In this document: one piece after another, positions 52,132-64,000 of the stretch | Numbering within the stretch: position 1 is the stretch's first letter | Layout of the letters: each line of letters opens with the position of its first letter | NCBI GenBank assembly: GCA_963575745.1 | Contig: CAUYUJ010000264.1 | Location: 1 to 64,000 of the forward strand | Length of the DNA: 64,000 nucleotides | Direction of reading: 5' to 3' | From: Prorocentrum cordatum | Lineage: Eukaryota | Program-made: the position numbers and the translations under genes | The notes under the pieces: generated by a model | The model's input: the letters and a program-made list of their open reading frames with translations, nothing else | Told to the model about the DNA's origin: nothing | Database searches by the model: none

Positions 52132-55100
52132 TCACTGGTCGAGCTGGCGCCATGTTCGCTTCTTGGTGACCTCAGCTTGCTGACTAACCATGGCGGTGGG
52201 CTCGCACGTGGCCCCTGGCTGAGGCAGCGTCTTGCGACTGGCAGGGGTCTTGGCGACAGCCAAACTTTGCCTGCACCGTAAAACCCAGGGGCACAGTAAG
52301 AAGCAGGAGGCGGAGGAGGAGGGGGAGGAGGAGGAGGAGGTGTCCCTCTTGGGGTCATCATGGTGGCCATCGATTGAACAAGGGGGCGGCGCACATGTGC
52401 GCCCTCCCCGTCGGGGCAGCCCACGCGGTCTTGCTATTGCATCTCGGGGTCGCTCTTGGGCGCTCTTGGAGCAGTCGTGGGCTCGCCTTGGCAGGGGAGA
52501 GGAGGAGACATGCGTGATGAGGAGGAGGCGGTCGCCAGCTCGGGCCTATTGTTGTGAAAGCCCCTTGAAGGATTCTGGAGCCTTCTTAGGACCCCCTTGG
52601 GGTTACCTCGCCGCGCCCTTGGACCTGTTTTGGGGGGCGAGCTTGGTCCCATGCCAGGGAGAAAGGGGGGGTTGGGTCAATTCTCCCCCCACCTCGGAAG
52701 CAGACAACTCGGTGATCGGGGAGCCGGTGTTGGCCTACGGGGGGTCCTTGGTGGATCTCCGAGGGTACTTGGAGCCACATCGTGGTCGTCTTTTGGCCTC
52801 TCGGAGGTTTGTCGGAGGCTATCATGTACCATCTCCAGGTATCTTGAGCTTGAGGCTACCTTTGGGCGTCGGGTGCCATCTTGGAACCATCCTGAGCCCA
52901 AAACGGCCTCGCACCCCCCCCCTCCCCTCCAAAACCCCCGAGCCCCGGGAAGAGGGTATGGGGAAGAGTGACCCTGTCCCCGAATCGGGAGGGAGGAGAG
53001 GGCTTTTGAAGAGGGGAAACAAGAACCGTTCTACCTGTGCCAAGAGGCCTGGTGAGACCAAGGTGGGAGGCAATGAGGGGTTCGGCTCGGTTCGCGGGCC
53101 TGACATGCTAGCACAACAAATTGGCATGTTGAGCGGGGGGGATGACCTGATGCTTCAGGAGCGCGTTCTGACTTTCCCGCTAGGCTCGTGATCCTTGCCC
53201 TCACCGTCGTCGTGTTCTTCCCCTTGGTGTATTGTTTCATGAGTCCCTGCCTCGCCAAACCCTCGCTCTTGTCTTCTTCGTCGTCGTTCTATCCCTTCTG
53301 TCAATTCCCCTTTCCTGGTCTGCTTCCTCCATCTTCTCTGGCCTCATCCGCGGCCTCGTCCTCCTGCTCTTCGTCCTCTCTCTCTCTGCGCCCTCCTCAC
53401 GTCGCCGCCGCCATCGTCCTCTGTAGCAACCTACAAGTACAACGATCCTTCCCCACACCCCGCCCCCCCTTCCCGCCCAAGGAACGGCAACACTTATTAG
53501 AAACCGATAGCATGATCTGAACCCCTCATCGCCGCCCTCCTCCGCAGCGACAGGCGTGACCGGGGCGGAGGCCGAGGGGGATGATGCGGCGGAGCCGCCC
53601 TCGGAGCAGCCTGATCCATCGCCGTGCAGCCGATGGCGCCTCCGATCGGGTGACAGCCGCGCAGCTCGCAGCAATGCTTGCCCAGCAAAGCAGCTAACGC
53701 AGTGCACAGGGGCGCAGAGTAAATCAGTGCAGCGCAACGCATCGTCAATCAAAGCCATTGCTACGCAAAGCGCAGACCAGCAAGGGATATGAGCGTGAAG
53801 CAGTGCGAGATGAGCGATGCAATGTTCAGCAAAGCAGTTCTTAGCAAGCGGCGCAAACCAATGCAGCTGAGGACAGTTCGAAGCGATGCATCTCAACCCA
53901 AATCAGTTCGACGCTTGACTAGTTATCGAACGGCCTTCGGCCCATCCCGCCACCGTGCCTGGGTTGTGGGTCATAGGCCTCGTGGGGATGTCGCGGGGGG
54001 GCCTCCTGGGGGCCGTTTGGAGGCCTCTCGGGAGCCGTTTTGAGACCTCGTGGGGCGTCTTGAGGGCCTCTCAGGGGTCTCTTCGGGCCTCTCGGGGGCC
54101 TCTTGGCGCCTCCTTGGAGCCTTCTTGGGGCCTCTTGGGGCGAAAGACTCGGATACTCCGTTCGTGTTCCCCTTCTTGGGCCCTTCTTGGGGCTGTCTTT
54201 GGGCCTCCTTTCGTCGGGTGCCTCTGGGGCCGTCTTGGAGCCCTCTTGCGCCGTCTAGGGGCCCTCTTGGGGGCTTCTTGGGCCGTCTTGGGGCGGTCTT
54301 GGGCCTCATGGAGCGTTGGAAGCTCGAAAGGTCGAAGGGCCCAAAGCACATTGAAAAACCAAATGGACAACAATAATGATTTTGGCCTCTCAGAGCCCTC
54401 TGGTGAGAGCCGTCTCGGGACGGCCCTCTTTGGGAACTCTCAGGAGTTTTTGGTCGGCCAACTGGACTGGAGACCATCTTGGGCTTCATGGACCGATCGT
54501 GCGGCGATTCGTGGCCCTTTTGGACCTTTCTGGGGCCCCCTTGGGCCAGCTACCCTACCTTGGGGAATCCCGGGGAATCCCGGGGAATCCCCAATCCCTG
54601 GGAATCCCCGGCAATCCTCGGGAATCTCCGGATCCCTTGGAATTTTGTGTGGCACTCCATTGCGTCCTGAAGGCACGGTGGCGGATATTTTTCCAATTCA
54701 AACTACAACATGCGTCGCGAGACGAGGCAATACAACGTGACGCAACGCAGGTCAGATCGACGTAGTGCAATACAGCGCAATGTATTATTGATGCCGTGCG
54801 GGTGCCCGCTCGCGGTCGCGATCAAAAAAGTACCCCCACCAGCCCATCCAGAAACGATGCCCATGAGAGCTGACGGGGGAGAGAGGAAGAGACACGCATA
54901 GTCGAAGGATATATGCTTCTTCGTGGCCTCCTGGGGATGCTCCCTGGCCATCTTGAGCCGTCTTGCAGCGGTCTTTGGGCCTCTTGGAGCATCTTGGGAG
55001 CCATCTTAAGCCAGCTTGGGCTATCTTGAGTCATCTTGGAGGTCGTCTTGGGCTCTCTGAGGCCGCTCGGGGGCCTCTTGGGTGCCTCTCGGCTGCCTCT

Positions 55101-56692
55101 TGGAGGCCTCTTGGGGCTTCTTGGGGCGCTCTTGGAGCCCTCTTGAGGGCCTCTGGGGTGCCCTGGGGGGGGCCTCTGGGGGCAATCTTGGAGACGGCTT
55201 GTCAAAAGAGCGGGTACTAAATGTAGCTCCCCCCCTCGGGTGCCACGACCCTCGTGAGGGGTGTCCAAAATTGGTCCTCCCAGGTGCCGAAAAAGGACCC
55301 TCTGACACATCGGTCCCCCTCCCAACAAAGAACCCAGGGAGGGGAGGGGGAGGGTTCCCTTCCCCGAAGGGAAGGGGGTTTGTGAAAGAGGAGGAGTTCC
55401 TCGTAAGACAACCTGTCGCCCAAAGGACTGGTGGGATGCCAAGCAACCCAATGCGATGCAAAGTAATGGACAGCGCTCTAAGGTAGCAGGGCTTTCAGCA
55501 TGCAGTACAGGAGTACAGGCCATCGCGTAGCACAGTCGTATCGTGGGCCATCTGGGCGGTCATGGTTGTGTGGCTGGGCCGTTCTTTGAAACCCGAGAGC
55601 GCGGAGACACAACTTGTTACCTGGGATCGTGGCCCCGGCAGCGCGGACCAACGGCTTTTGATAAGGAATTGTGCCTCGGAAGCGATGCATGCAACATTCT
55701 CCCGTGAGACTGAGGGGACCCTCTAGAATCACACAGAAGGCTGCCAGACAACGCTTGTCACTCTACCCAGCCCCTCCGTTCCGGGGCCGATGGCGGATCA
55801 TGGCTTGTTCAGCATCCCACAGCAATGTGATTTATCATATCGGATCAATCAACGCGTATAGAGCATCGCAGTGCAATTGCATTGCAGCGCCGTTCTGCAA
55901 CGCAGAACAACAAATAATGGCATTGCAAAGCGGCACTTCGCTGTAACGATGGATTGAAAGTTCTTTTTTGTCCCCTATAGCCAGGGGATGGTATTCTTGT
56001 TACTCCCCATATCCAAAGGATTGAGGTTCTGTCATGTCTCTGACCGCGCAGACTGCTCACACCTTCCTCCCTCCGGCTCCTCATGTTATGGTATGGTATG
56101 TTATGGTATGCCAATGTGTGTTAGGTTATAATATGTAGTGACATGCTGTGGTATGGCATATCCTGATATGCTATGGCATGGTCTGGTATGTTATGTTATG
56201 TTTGTCCCCCCATTTCCGAATGATGGGGTTATTGTTCCCCATATCCGAAGGATGAGGTGTTTGTTGTTACTCTGGCCGCGCCAACTTCCTCACACACACA
56301 TCCCTCCCTCCTCCTCATTTTACGTGTTGGTACGGTATGGTGGGTACGTTATGTTACGTTGTGTTATGATATGCGATGTAATTGCATGACATAGCATGGT
56401 ATGCTATGTTATGACATGCTATATTTTGGCATGCTATGATAGGTGATGGTATGCTATGGTATGGCATGGCATGACATGGTATGGCATGCCATGATATGGT
56501 ATGTGATGATATGGTATGCGTCGACATGCCATATTGCGATCTGATGCGTTATGCTCAGTTTTATGATGTTATTGATGAGGGTGAGGAGGATTATGATGCT
56601 GCTGATGCTGCTGATGCTGATGCTGTTGCGGCTGCTGCTGCTGATGATCGTGTTGATGATGCTGATGCTGATGGTAATGGTGGTGATGATGC

Positions 56693-56759
<67 letters not shown>

Positions 56760-58300
56760 GGTGGTGATGCTGGCGGAACAACTCTGAGGATGCTTCGAGC
56801 GCGGCGCGGGTTTCTGCACCCCTCAAGGGGAAGCCGTCAGAGAGTATTGCACTCCTTCGTTCGCGCCAAGCTGGCGGGGATGCCTCGAGCGGTTTGCTGG
56901 TGTTGTGGCCTCAGCATCATCCGCGTTCGGAGCAGATTGTGAGGATGCCTAGAGCGAGGCCCTGTTTTTTGCACTCCAGGGGGGGGAGGGGGCAGATCTG
57001 GAAGATGTCTCGAGTCGTGAGCTTATTTGTTGGCCAGACTCGTGGGGACGGATGTTCTGCAGGGTGTTGCCACAAGAGGCTCCAGCAGGCTCCAGGCGGC
57101 CCCAGGAGGCCACACCAGGTCGCAGGAGGCATCAGGAGGCCACAGGAGGCCCCAAGGGGCTCCAGCAGGCCGCGGGAAGCAACAGGAGGCCCCAGGCGCC
57201 CTCACGAGGCCCCAGGAGCAGGAGGCTTCAGACGGCCACAGGAGTAGTCCCAAGCATATCCCTATAGGTTGGGCCTCTCTTAGGGCACGAATCATTCGTG
57301 CGTTACATTTGCTTCTATAGCTTGTCCTTCTCCGGTGTATCCACTCCTAAATGTTTTACGTACGTTCCTCTAGACTGGGCCCCCTCTGGGGCACGAGTCC
57401 TTGGTGTTATACGGGTGCTCCTGTGTATTGCCCGCCTTTCAGCGGAAGAGGTTCGCTTCCGCCCCGCAGATCAAACAAGTGTATTGCCCCTCTCCGTTGG
57501 CTCCAATCCGAAGTGTGTTACGTCTGTTCCCATAGACTGGGCCTCTCCTTGGAACGACTCCTCCCTAGGAGGCCCCAGGAGCCCCCTGGAGGCCCCAAGA
57601 GGCCACACGCCCCAGGACGCCTCAGGAGGACACAGGGCGCCCCAAGAAGCCACAGGATGCTCCAGGAGGCTCCAGGAGACCGCAGGAAGCCCCGGCAGGT
57701 TTCAAGAGGCCCCAGGCTCTTGCGCGGAGACGCACCCATACTATTGAGTCTAATTCACGCTCCAACTCATTGACACTTAGATTCGCTCTCAGGCCGTCAA
57801 TACTCAGGGCCGCTTACATCCAATTATTTGTTGCGCCTAGACACGAACAGCAGACAGGTCCATGCAAATAAATGCACAGATGGGGAGCCCCACGCAGACA
57901 GCATGCATACTCCGACTACACCGGCTCCTGACACCTCCCTTCCTCATCCTATACATTATGTCGTGACATGTCATGTTATGGTATGGTATGTGTCGTTATC
58001 GTGTATTAGTGCATGTGTTATGTGTTGTTATGTAATGCTGTGTTATGGTATGATATGGTATGAACTGGTATGCCATGGTATGGTCTGTTGTGATATAGTG
58101 TGGTCTGCCAGTCTACGATTGTTATGGAAAACTATGTTATGCCATGCTGTGACATGTTATGGTATGCGATGTGTCGTTAGGTTATGATATGCCGTGCTAC
58201 GATATGTCGATGATGCTGCTGCTGATGATGCTGATGATGCTGATGCTGACGGTGGTGGTGGTGGTGGTGATGATGATGTTGATGATGAAGATGATGATGC

Positions 58301-58344
<44 letters not shown>

Positions 58345-60182
58345 GTGGCGGAGCAAATTCTGAGGATGCCTCAAGCGAGGCGCAGGTTTAAGCACCCCCA
58401 AGGGGGAGCCGCCATGGCGGTATTAAACTCCTCCGTTAGCGCCACCATGGCGGGGATGACTTGATCGGTTTGTCTGCCTCGGTGCTCAACATCCTCCGTT
58501 TTTGGAGTTGAATGTGAGGATGTTTCGGGCGAGGCGCTGATTTTCGCCCCCACGGGGGGGCGCCCCGGGGTACTGCACTCCTCCGTTCGCGCCACAATGG
58601 CGGGGATTTCTCTCGCGATTTGCTTGATTCGGTGCTCATCATCCTCCGCTCTCGGAGCAGATTCTGAGGATGTCTCGGGCGAGGCGCTGGTTGTCTCACT
58701 CCAGGGAACACAACTCGAGCGGTTTGCCTGCTGTGCTGGCCAGACTCGTCTGCGTTCAGAGCAGATTGGGAGGATGTCTCGGGCGAGGCGCTGGCTTTCA
58801 CACCCTAGGGGGCCCAGAGTGGGATGATGTATCAGAATCACTTATGCTCAAACCCACTCGTGCTCAGACTCACTCAGACTCAGACTCGTCCTGATCATAC
58901 TCATACTCAGACTCTCTCACACTCAGACTTACGCACACTCGGACTCATTCACACGTAGACATACACCGTTAGACTCACTCGTGCTCATGTTCACTCATAT
59001 TCGGACCCACCCAGATTCAGATTCAGACTCATCATACTCATCCTCAGGCTCATTCACATTCAGACTTACACACATTCAGAAGCACTCGAGCCCAAACCCA
59101 CCCACCCTCATATTCACTCGTATGCAGACTCTCTCGAAGTCAGATCCATTCAGACTCAGACTCGTGTTCATTATTTTCGATATACCCGTGCTCAGACCCA
59201 CCCACACTCAGACTTGCCCACGTTCAGACCACTCCAACTCAGACTCACTCATGCGCTGACTTACGCATTATCAGTCCCACTCATACTCAGACGCTCTCAC
59301 ACCTAGACTAACTGACACTCCCACTATACGAACACCCGTTTATACTTCAAGCCCAGTTATATTTGAAAACCCTTGCGTCTAGACATTTCACGGCGGACAG
59401 GTCCATGCAAATAGATGCACATTTGGGAAGTTCCACGCAGTGAGTAATTATGATTGTTTCTAGCGTGCTATAAGCTCTGAGTGCTGGATCGTCCGCAGTC
59501 TGCGTAACTTTTGATTGGCATTGTGACCAAGACCATTCATGATCGGGGTCGCAGATCGTGATGTGTTCAGATGTGAAGCCATTGCCCGAAGCGGGCATCC
59601 GAAGACCAATACAAAACATCAGCAGTTGTTCCGCTCTTTTGGAGAAGCTGGGAGCTGAGAGGGTAATCTCACCAATATACCGTCGGGGCAGCCATTCCAT
59701 TCAGCACTTTGCTCTGCAATGCCACGATCGGGCGCGTGATGCTGGAACGGCAAACCTGCCACGCACCGTCAGATTTGGAAGAGGTGGCAGATGGATGGAT
59801 ACGTGGTGGGAGGAGCAAGCAGGAACATTCACGGGGCAGGGGGGAGGGACAAAGGGATGAAGGAGGTTTGTTGATTTCTACTTCCTCTCATTCCCATTCC
59901 TCCCCTCTCATTCCCCCTCCTCCCCTTCCTCCCCCTCCTCTGTTCCCCCTTCCCGCCCACTGCCCCCCAGCCCCTTTCCTGTTCGCCCTTCCCCTTTCCC
60001 CTGAGTGACACTGCGCAGGAACAGCACTCCCCCCTCGCCCCCCACACCACGGTCAGGCGAAGACAGAGACTGAACGCAGTCGGGAGGGATGAGTGGGATG
60101 GGCCTTTCGGCACGCCCGGGCGGGACTTGGCGTGGCGGCACCCGCGGGCCGAGGAGAAGCTCGCCGGCGGGAGCAGCGCCAT
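52132..60182 (-). CDS. Spliced gene (3 exons, 110 aa): small basic hypothetical protein
   Basis: Exons 60182-60104, 53639-53525 and 52270-52132 total 333 nt. Start context is gccATGg, exon 1 has very high GC3, and phases 1 and 2 match. Translation: MALLPPASFSSARGCRHAKSRPGVPKGAIGCTAMDQAAPR...RRRAAMRQSLAVAKTPASRK...VTKKRTWRQLDQ-stop. Confidence 0.55.
53931..54690. mobile_element. Non-autonomous TIR element filled with GGCCTCTTGG-type subrepeats
   Basis: Inverted ends ATCC(C)GCCACCGTGCCT and AGGCACGGTGGCGGAT; similar copy at 62928-63760; related arrays near 9.7-10.3, 25.3-25.9, 46.3-46.8 and 54.9-55.2 kb. Confidence 0.65.
56030..59440. repeat. Two tandem copies of a composite 1.5-1.9 kb unit in intron 1 of gene 3
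   Basis: Each copy runs (TATGG/TATGT)n, (GAT)n, GGCGGA.CAA.TCTGAGGATGC block (56770 and 58347), ACTCA-rich tract, GACAGGTCCATGCAAATA.ATGCACA block (57853 and 59396). Confidence 0.65.
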
Positions 60183-60559
60183 GGCACAGTTCGGCGCGCG
60201 CCGTTGGTCGCCGCACCACCGCCGCCACCGAGGTCGTTGCTGTCGGCGTTGCCTCCGTCGTCGTGGTCGTGGGCCGCGCGACGTGGTCGTCGGCGCAGTC
60301 GGCCGCGCCGGCACAGACTTCGCGGACGGCGGCCTCCTTCCTTTACACCGCGGCAGGGGAGGCCATCGTCCAGCCGACGTCGGGCTTCCAGCATGGAGGT
60401 CTCAGAGGGGGGCGAGTTGCGACAGCGGTAGTTGGCCTTCGGGTGAGCCACTCGTCGCCAGCTGGTGCGCTTGCACATTGGGAGGGGTCCGGGGACCGAT
60501 TTTGAGCTGCCATTGTCTCAACTCGCGTTGCCCGGAAGGTCGTCAGGCATTCCCAGGAT

Positions 60560-60920
60560 CGGGATGAACTGCTCCAGAGCGCTCTCAAAGCGTTCCGGGG
60601 CGCTCTGGAACGGCCGCGGCGCCCGATTCATCATCAAGGCCCGCGGGTTATCAGAGATCTTTTGATTGGTCCCGATCCGATGTTGTCCAGATCCTGGCTT
60701 CGTATCAGGTCGGCGGCGGGGTGGGATCTGGCAGTGGTCGGGGCGTGGGTTGGTCCAGGCCGCACCCTTCGAGGCGCGACACCGCCACCAGCGCGAGGCG
60801 CCAGAGAGGGTCCCCCTGGTGGTGTGGTTCCCGCCCCCTCTCACTCGAGGCATCCCCTACCCCCAGCTCGGGGAGCATCGTGGCCTCTTCGCTGGAGGTT
60901 GCGACCCTGGTGGTCGTCAG
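60560..60920. repeat. Dispersed repeat; parts match 36960-37080 (direct) and 30250-30410 (inverted)
   Basis: Shared CCAGAGCGCTCT...GGCCGCGGCGCCCGAT and CCCTGGTGGTGTGGT...CTCGAGGCATCCCC...CCAGCTCGGGGAG. Confidence 0.65.
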
Positions 60921-62855
60921 CGCCCTTGTCGAAGCCTCTGAGCCCTTCAATTCAAGGGAGGCACCCTGCCTTCTCAGAAGGCCGCCTTCCGGCGGCGCGC
61001 ACAGGGAGGCCAGGGCGCGGGGGGCGGCCTCCCAAGAAGGCAAGGGGCCTCTTGCGCAGAAGGGGGGTCGCCCCGAGATCTTCACCTCTGGGAGGGCAGA
61101 GTTCCGAGTTCCAAGCAGCTCGCGAGGGTCGGGGGGCATGGGTATCGCTTTGCCCCTTGCAGCTCCACCAGCAGCGCGTACCGTGCAGCGTGTGTCAGCC
61201 CTCATGGCGTTGCCTGCGTCGTGTTGAAAGGCTCCGGTTGACAAGCGCACGTTGGCGCTAACACACACGCGCTCTGGGGATCAGCGAGAGGAGCGGGGGT
61301 CCTGCTGAAGAGGCCGCCAACCTCGCCCTGCCCCAAGTCGCGCGCTGCCAAAACGTGATTGGCGGCGGCTTGAGTGGGGGAGCCCTTCGGCAGGGCAAGC
61401 CCTAAGGGTGGTGGGGGAGGGGACGAGGGACGAAGAGGTGCATCTCCAAGGCGACCCCAAGCTGGCTACGAGGTGGTCCAGCGTCCAGCACCTGCCCAAG
61501 GCAGCCCCCCCAAAGCAGTGAGACAGGTAGACGATCCTCACACACCTTCCGAGTGTCACACGCAAGTTATATTACCATGCGATGTTGGGGGCACCAGACC
61601 CGCCGACACCCCTTACGCTGCAGTCAAGCCTCCAAGTTAGACGAGAAGGAACTGCAAGATGGGGGAGCGAAGAGGGGAGAGGGAGGGAGGGAGGGATGCA
61701 GGATGACGAGGAGGAGGGAGCTGTGAGGAATAGGATGGTGGAACCATGCGGAAGGGGGAGGAGGAGGAGGAGGAGGAGGAGGAGGAGGAGGAGGAGGAGG
61801 AGGAGGAGGGATGATTTAGAGGGGGATCGGCTGGAGGACGGGGATCGATCAGAGGAGGAAGAGAATTGAAATAATATGGACAGACGGAGGAGCAGGAAAC
61901 AAGATATGGATGCAGGGATCCAAGAGGGAAGAGGCGGATCACCAGCGTCGTCGTAGGCTGCAAGTGCTGGGGCGGGGCAATATGTCAGCGCGAAGCAGAT
62001 CCAATTAGTTGTCCGATATTCGGCCACACTGGCATGGCCGAAATTGACGTACCATTGGCAGATCTATTCTGCATACATGGGGGGGCAGGGTATCCGCAGC
62101 TGCCTAGTCCGAGCGGTCTTGCACTGTCTCTGAGTGCGTACAGCGGGTGCATCAGTTAAGACATCAGCCTGGTAACACGCGTCCAACGGAATTTCTCATC
62201 CTCCGATGGCCTTGTGGAATCGCAGGAACCTTATGACATTGCATGCAGCTAAGAGATCGTCGGCAAGCCAGTCTGTTATGGCAGGATGTCTCGTGTGCTT
62301 GCCATCGCCGTCTCTCCCCGCGTCCTGGTCGCGGCGTTGCCTCCAGTCGATCGGCGCCCGCGGCATGCCGATCCACTTTACGCACATGTCTCGAGAACAT
62401 CAGCGCCCTCTCCTGCGCGGCGGCCTTGAACACATCGAACATGGCGCAATGGTCTCCATCATACGCATTGTTCCCGAGACCACCACCGAACACCGTGACG
62501 CATTGCAGTTCGGCGCCAGCGGCGGGCCGCTTTGCACTGGCTCTCGAGAATACCCCCCCCTTCGGGAGGCGGGAGATAGGCAGACCTCGAACGGCATGGC
62601 CCGCCGAGGTGCACAACCACGCGACATGTGTACGCGCTGGTTCTGAAGCTCGCAGTCGTGCAACTGCCCACGATCCCAGCACACGGCTGGAATGAAGCTG
62701 TGAGCTCCTTTTGCGCAGCGCGGTACGTGCGCCATGTTGTTCGTCCTTGTGGCGCGTGGGTTTGGCTGCTGACTGTTTCGTGAACACATTGAGTGTCCCC
62801 TTTGGGGTGCCCCTCATTCGGATCCGCAACTGCAAGGGACTGCGCTTGTATGCCG

Positions 62856-62907
<52 letters not shown>

Positions 62908-62927
62908 TATATAGATACACACAAAGT

Positions 62928-63760
62928 GGCCTTCGGCCCACCCCACCACTGTGTCTGGGTTGTGGGTTAGAGGCCTCGTGGATGGTCGTTTGGATATCGT
63001 CGGGGGGAGGCCTCTCCCTGGCCTCTTGGGGGCAGGTTTGCGGCCTCTTGAGGGCCGTCGGGCTTCTTGGGGCATCTTTTTGGGCCTCCTGGGGGCCCCG
63101 TGGGCCTCCAAGGGGCCTCTTGGGCTTTTTTGGGGTCCTCGTGGGGCCTCCTGGGGGCCTCTCGGGGCGGAAGGCTCGAATTGTCGGTTCGTGTTCCCCC
63201 TCTTGGGGCTGCCTTAGGGCCCTCTTGGGCGATCTTGGGCGCCTTTGGGCCGTTTTGGTGCCCTCTTGGACTGTCTTGGGGCCCTTTCAGGGGGCCGTCT
63301 TGGGGCGGTCTTGGGGGCCTCTGGGGCCACCTTGGGGCGTCGGGAGCCCGAAACCGCGAGAATGAGGAACGCACATAACAACACAAGGGAACCAATGAGT
63401 GTTTCCTCCTTGGGCCTTCATGGGGGTTCTCTGGGAGCGCTCTTGGGACTTCTTTGGGGCCTTTTGGGACGTCTTGGGGCCATCTTGGGCGTCTTGGAGC
63501 GCTCTTGGGCTGTCGTGGAGGCCTCTCGGACTCTCGTGGGCGCTTTCTGGGGCCCTCTTGGCCCGTCTTGGGGCCCCCCTGGCCTCTGGACCAGTCGCGC
63601 GGGGCAGCCCGAGAACGCGCGGGAGCACCAAGGACATGTCAGATGTTGGGGCCACAGCCTTCAGAACATCATCATCCGGGAGCCCCGAGTGCAGAGAACC
63701 GAGGACGCAGGAGGACCTGTAGAACACTCCACGTCGCGCCTCGAGGCACGGCGGCGGCTA
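62928..63760. mobile_element. Second GGCCTCTTGG-family TIR element, between TA-rich microsatellites
   Basis: Starts GGCCTTCGGCCCA..CCACCACTGTGTCTGGGTTGTGGGT and ends AGGCACGGCGGCGG; (TA)n at about 62864-62905 and TA-rich DNA at about 63775-63915. Confidence 0.6.
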
Positions 63761-64000
63761 CAATAGCGCGTTTATGTTTACATCTATATGTATACATCTC
63801 TTTATATATGTATATATGTATACATAAACATATATATATATCACATATATATAGATGTATATGAATGTACATACATATATATAACAATGCGCATATACAT
63901 ATGTGTATGCATCTATCACATGTGATTGCGAGTGTCTATGTGTGTGCGTACACATGGTTGCCTTCGGCAAATCCCGCCACCTTGCCCTGGAGGTAGGTCG

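Noticed and set aside
60509..60522. GCCATTGTCTCAA resembling an SL relic
   Set aside because: The match is poor and on the wrong strand for the adjacent gene 3.
61300..61580. Possible LINE AP-endonuclease remnant on the - strand (HGNIT...VALEMHL...SSAG)
   Set aside because: The motifs are short, lie in different frames and are too weak to call by eye.

Overview
GC-rich, repeat-saturated eukaryotic DNA that looks like a dinoflagellate nuclear genome. This is an inference from small exons in kb-scale introns, GC/GA/GG splice donors and a spliced-leader relic. Nearly all long ORFs in the supplied track are artefacts of (GAG)n, (GAT)n, (TG)n and GGCCTCTTGG repeats. Three spliced genes were reconstructed by hand. 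(1) A + strand 10-exon gene at 7905-34690 encodes about 360 aa: an N-terminal ubiquitin-like domain plus about 5 ankyrin repeats, preceded by a partial dinoflagellate spliced-leader relic. (2) A convergent - strand 10-exon gene at 44225-35468 encodes a low-complexity protein of about 302 aa. (3) A - strand 3-exon gene at 60182-52132 encodes a basic 110-aa protein. Introns and intergenic DNA hold decayed non-LTR retrotransposons (one with RNase H), many palindromic MITE-like elements and several tandem repeats. The most notable signals are recurrent GG-AG introns, one junction with no usable AG acceptor, short direct repeats at intron ends, and a TIR element with a 6-bp TSD whose end supplies a predicted splice acceptor (Introner-like). 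There is no transcript evidence, so all gene models are predictions. No rRNA, tRNA or CRISPR array was recognised.
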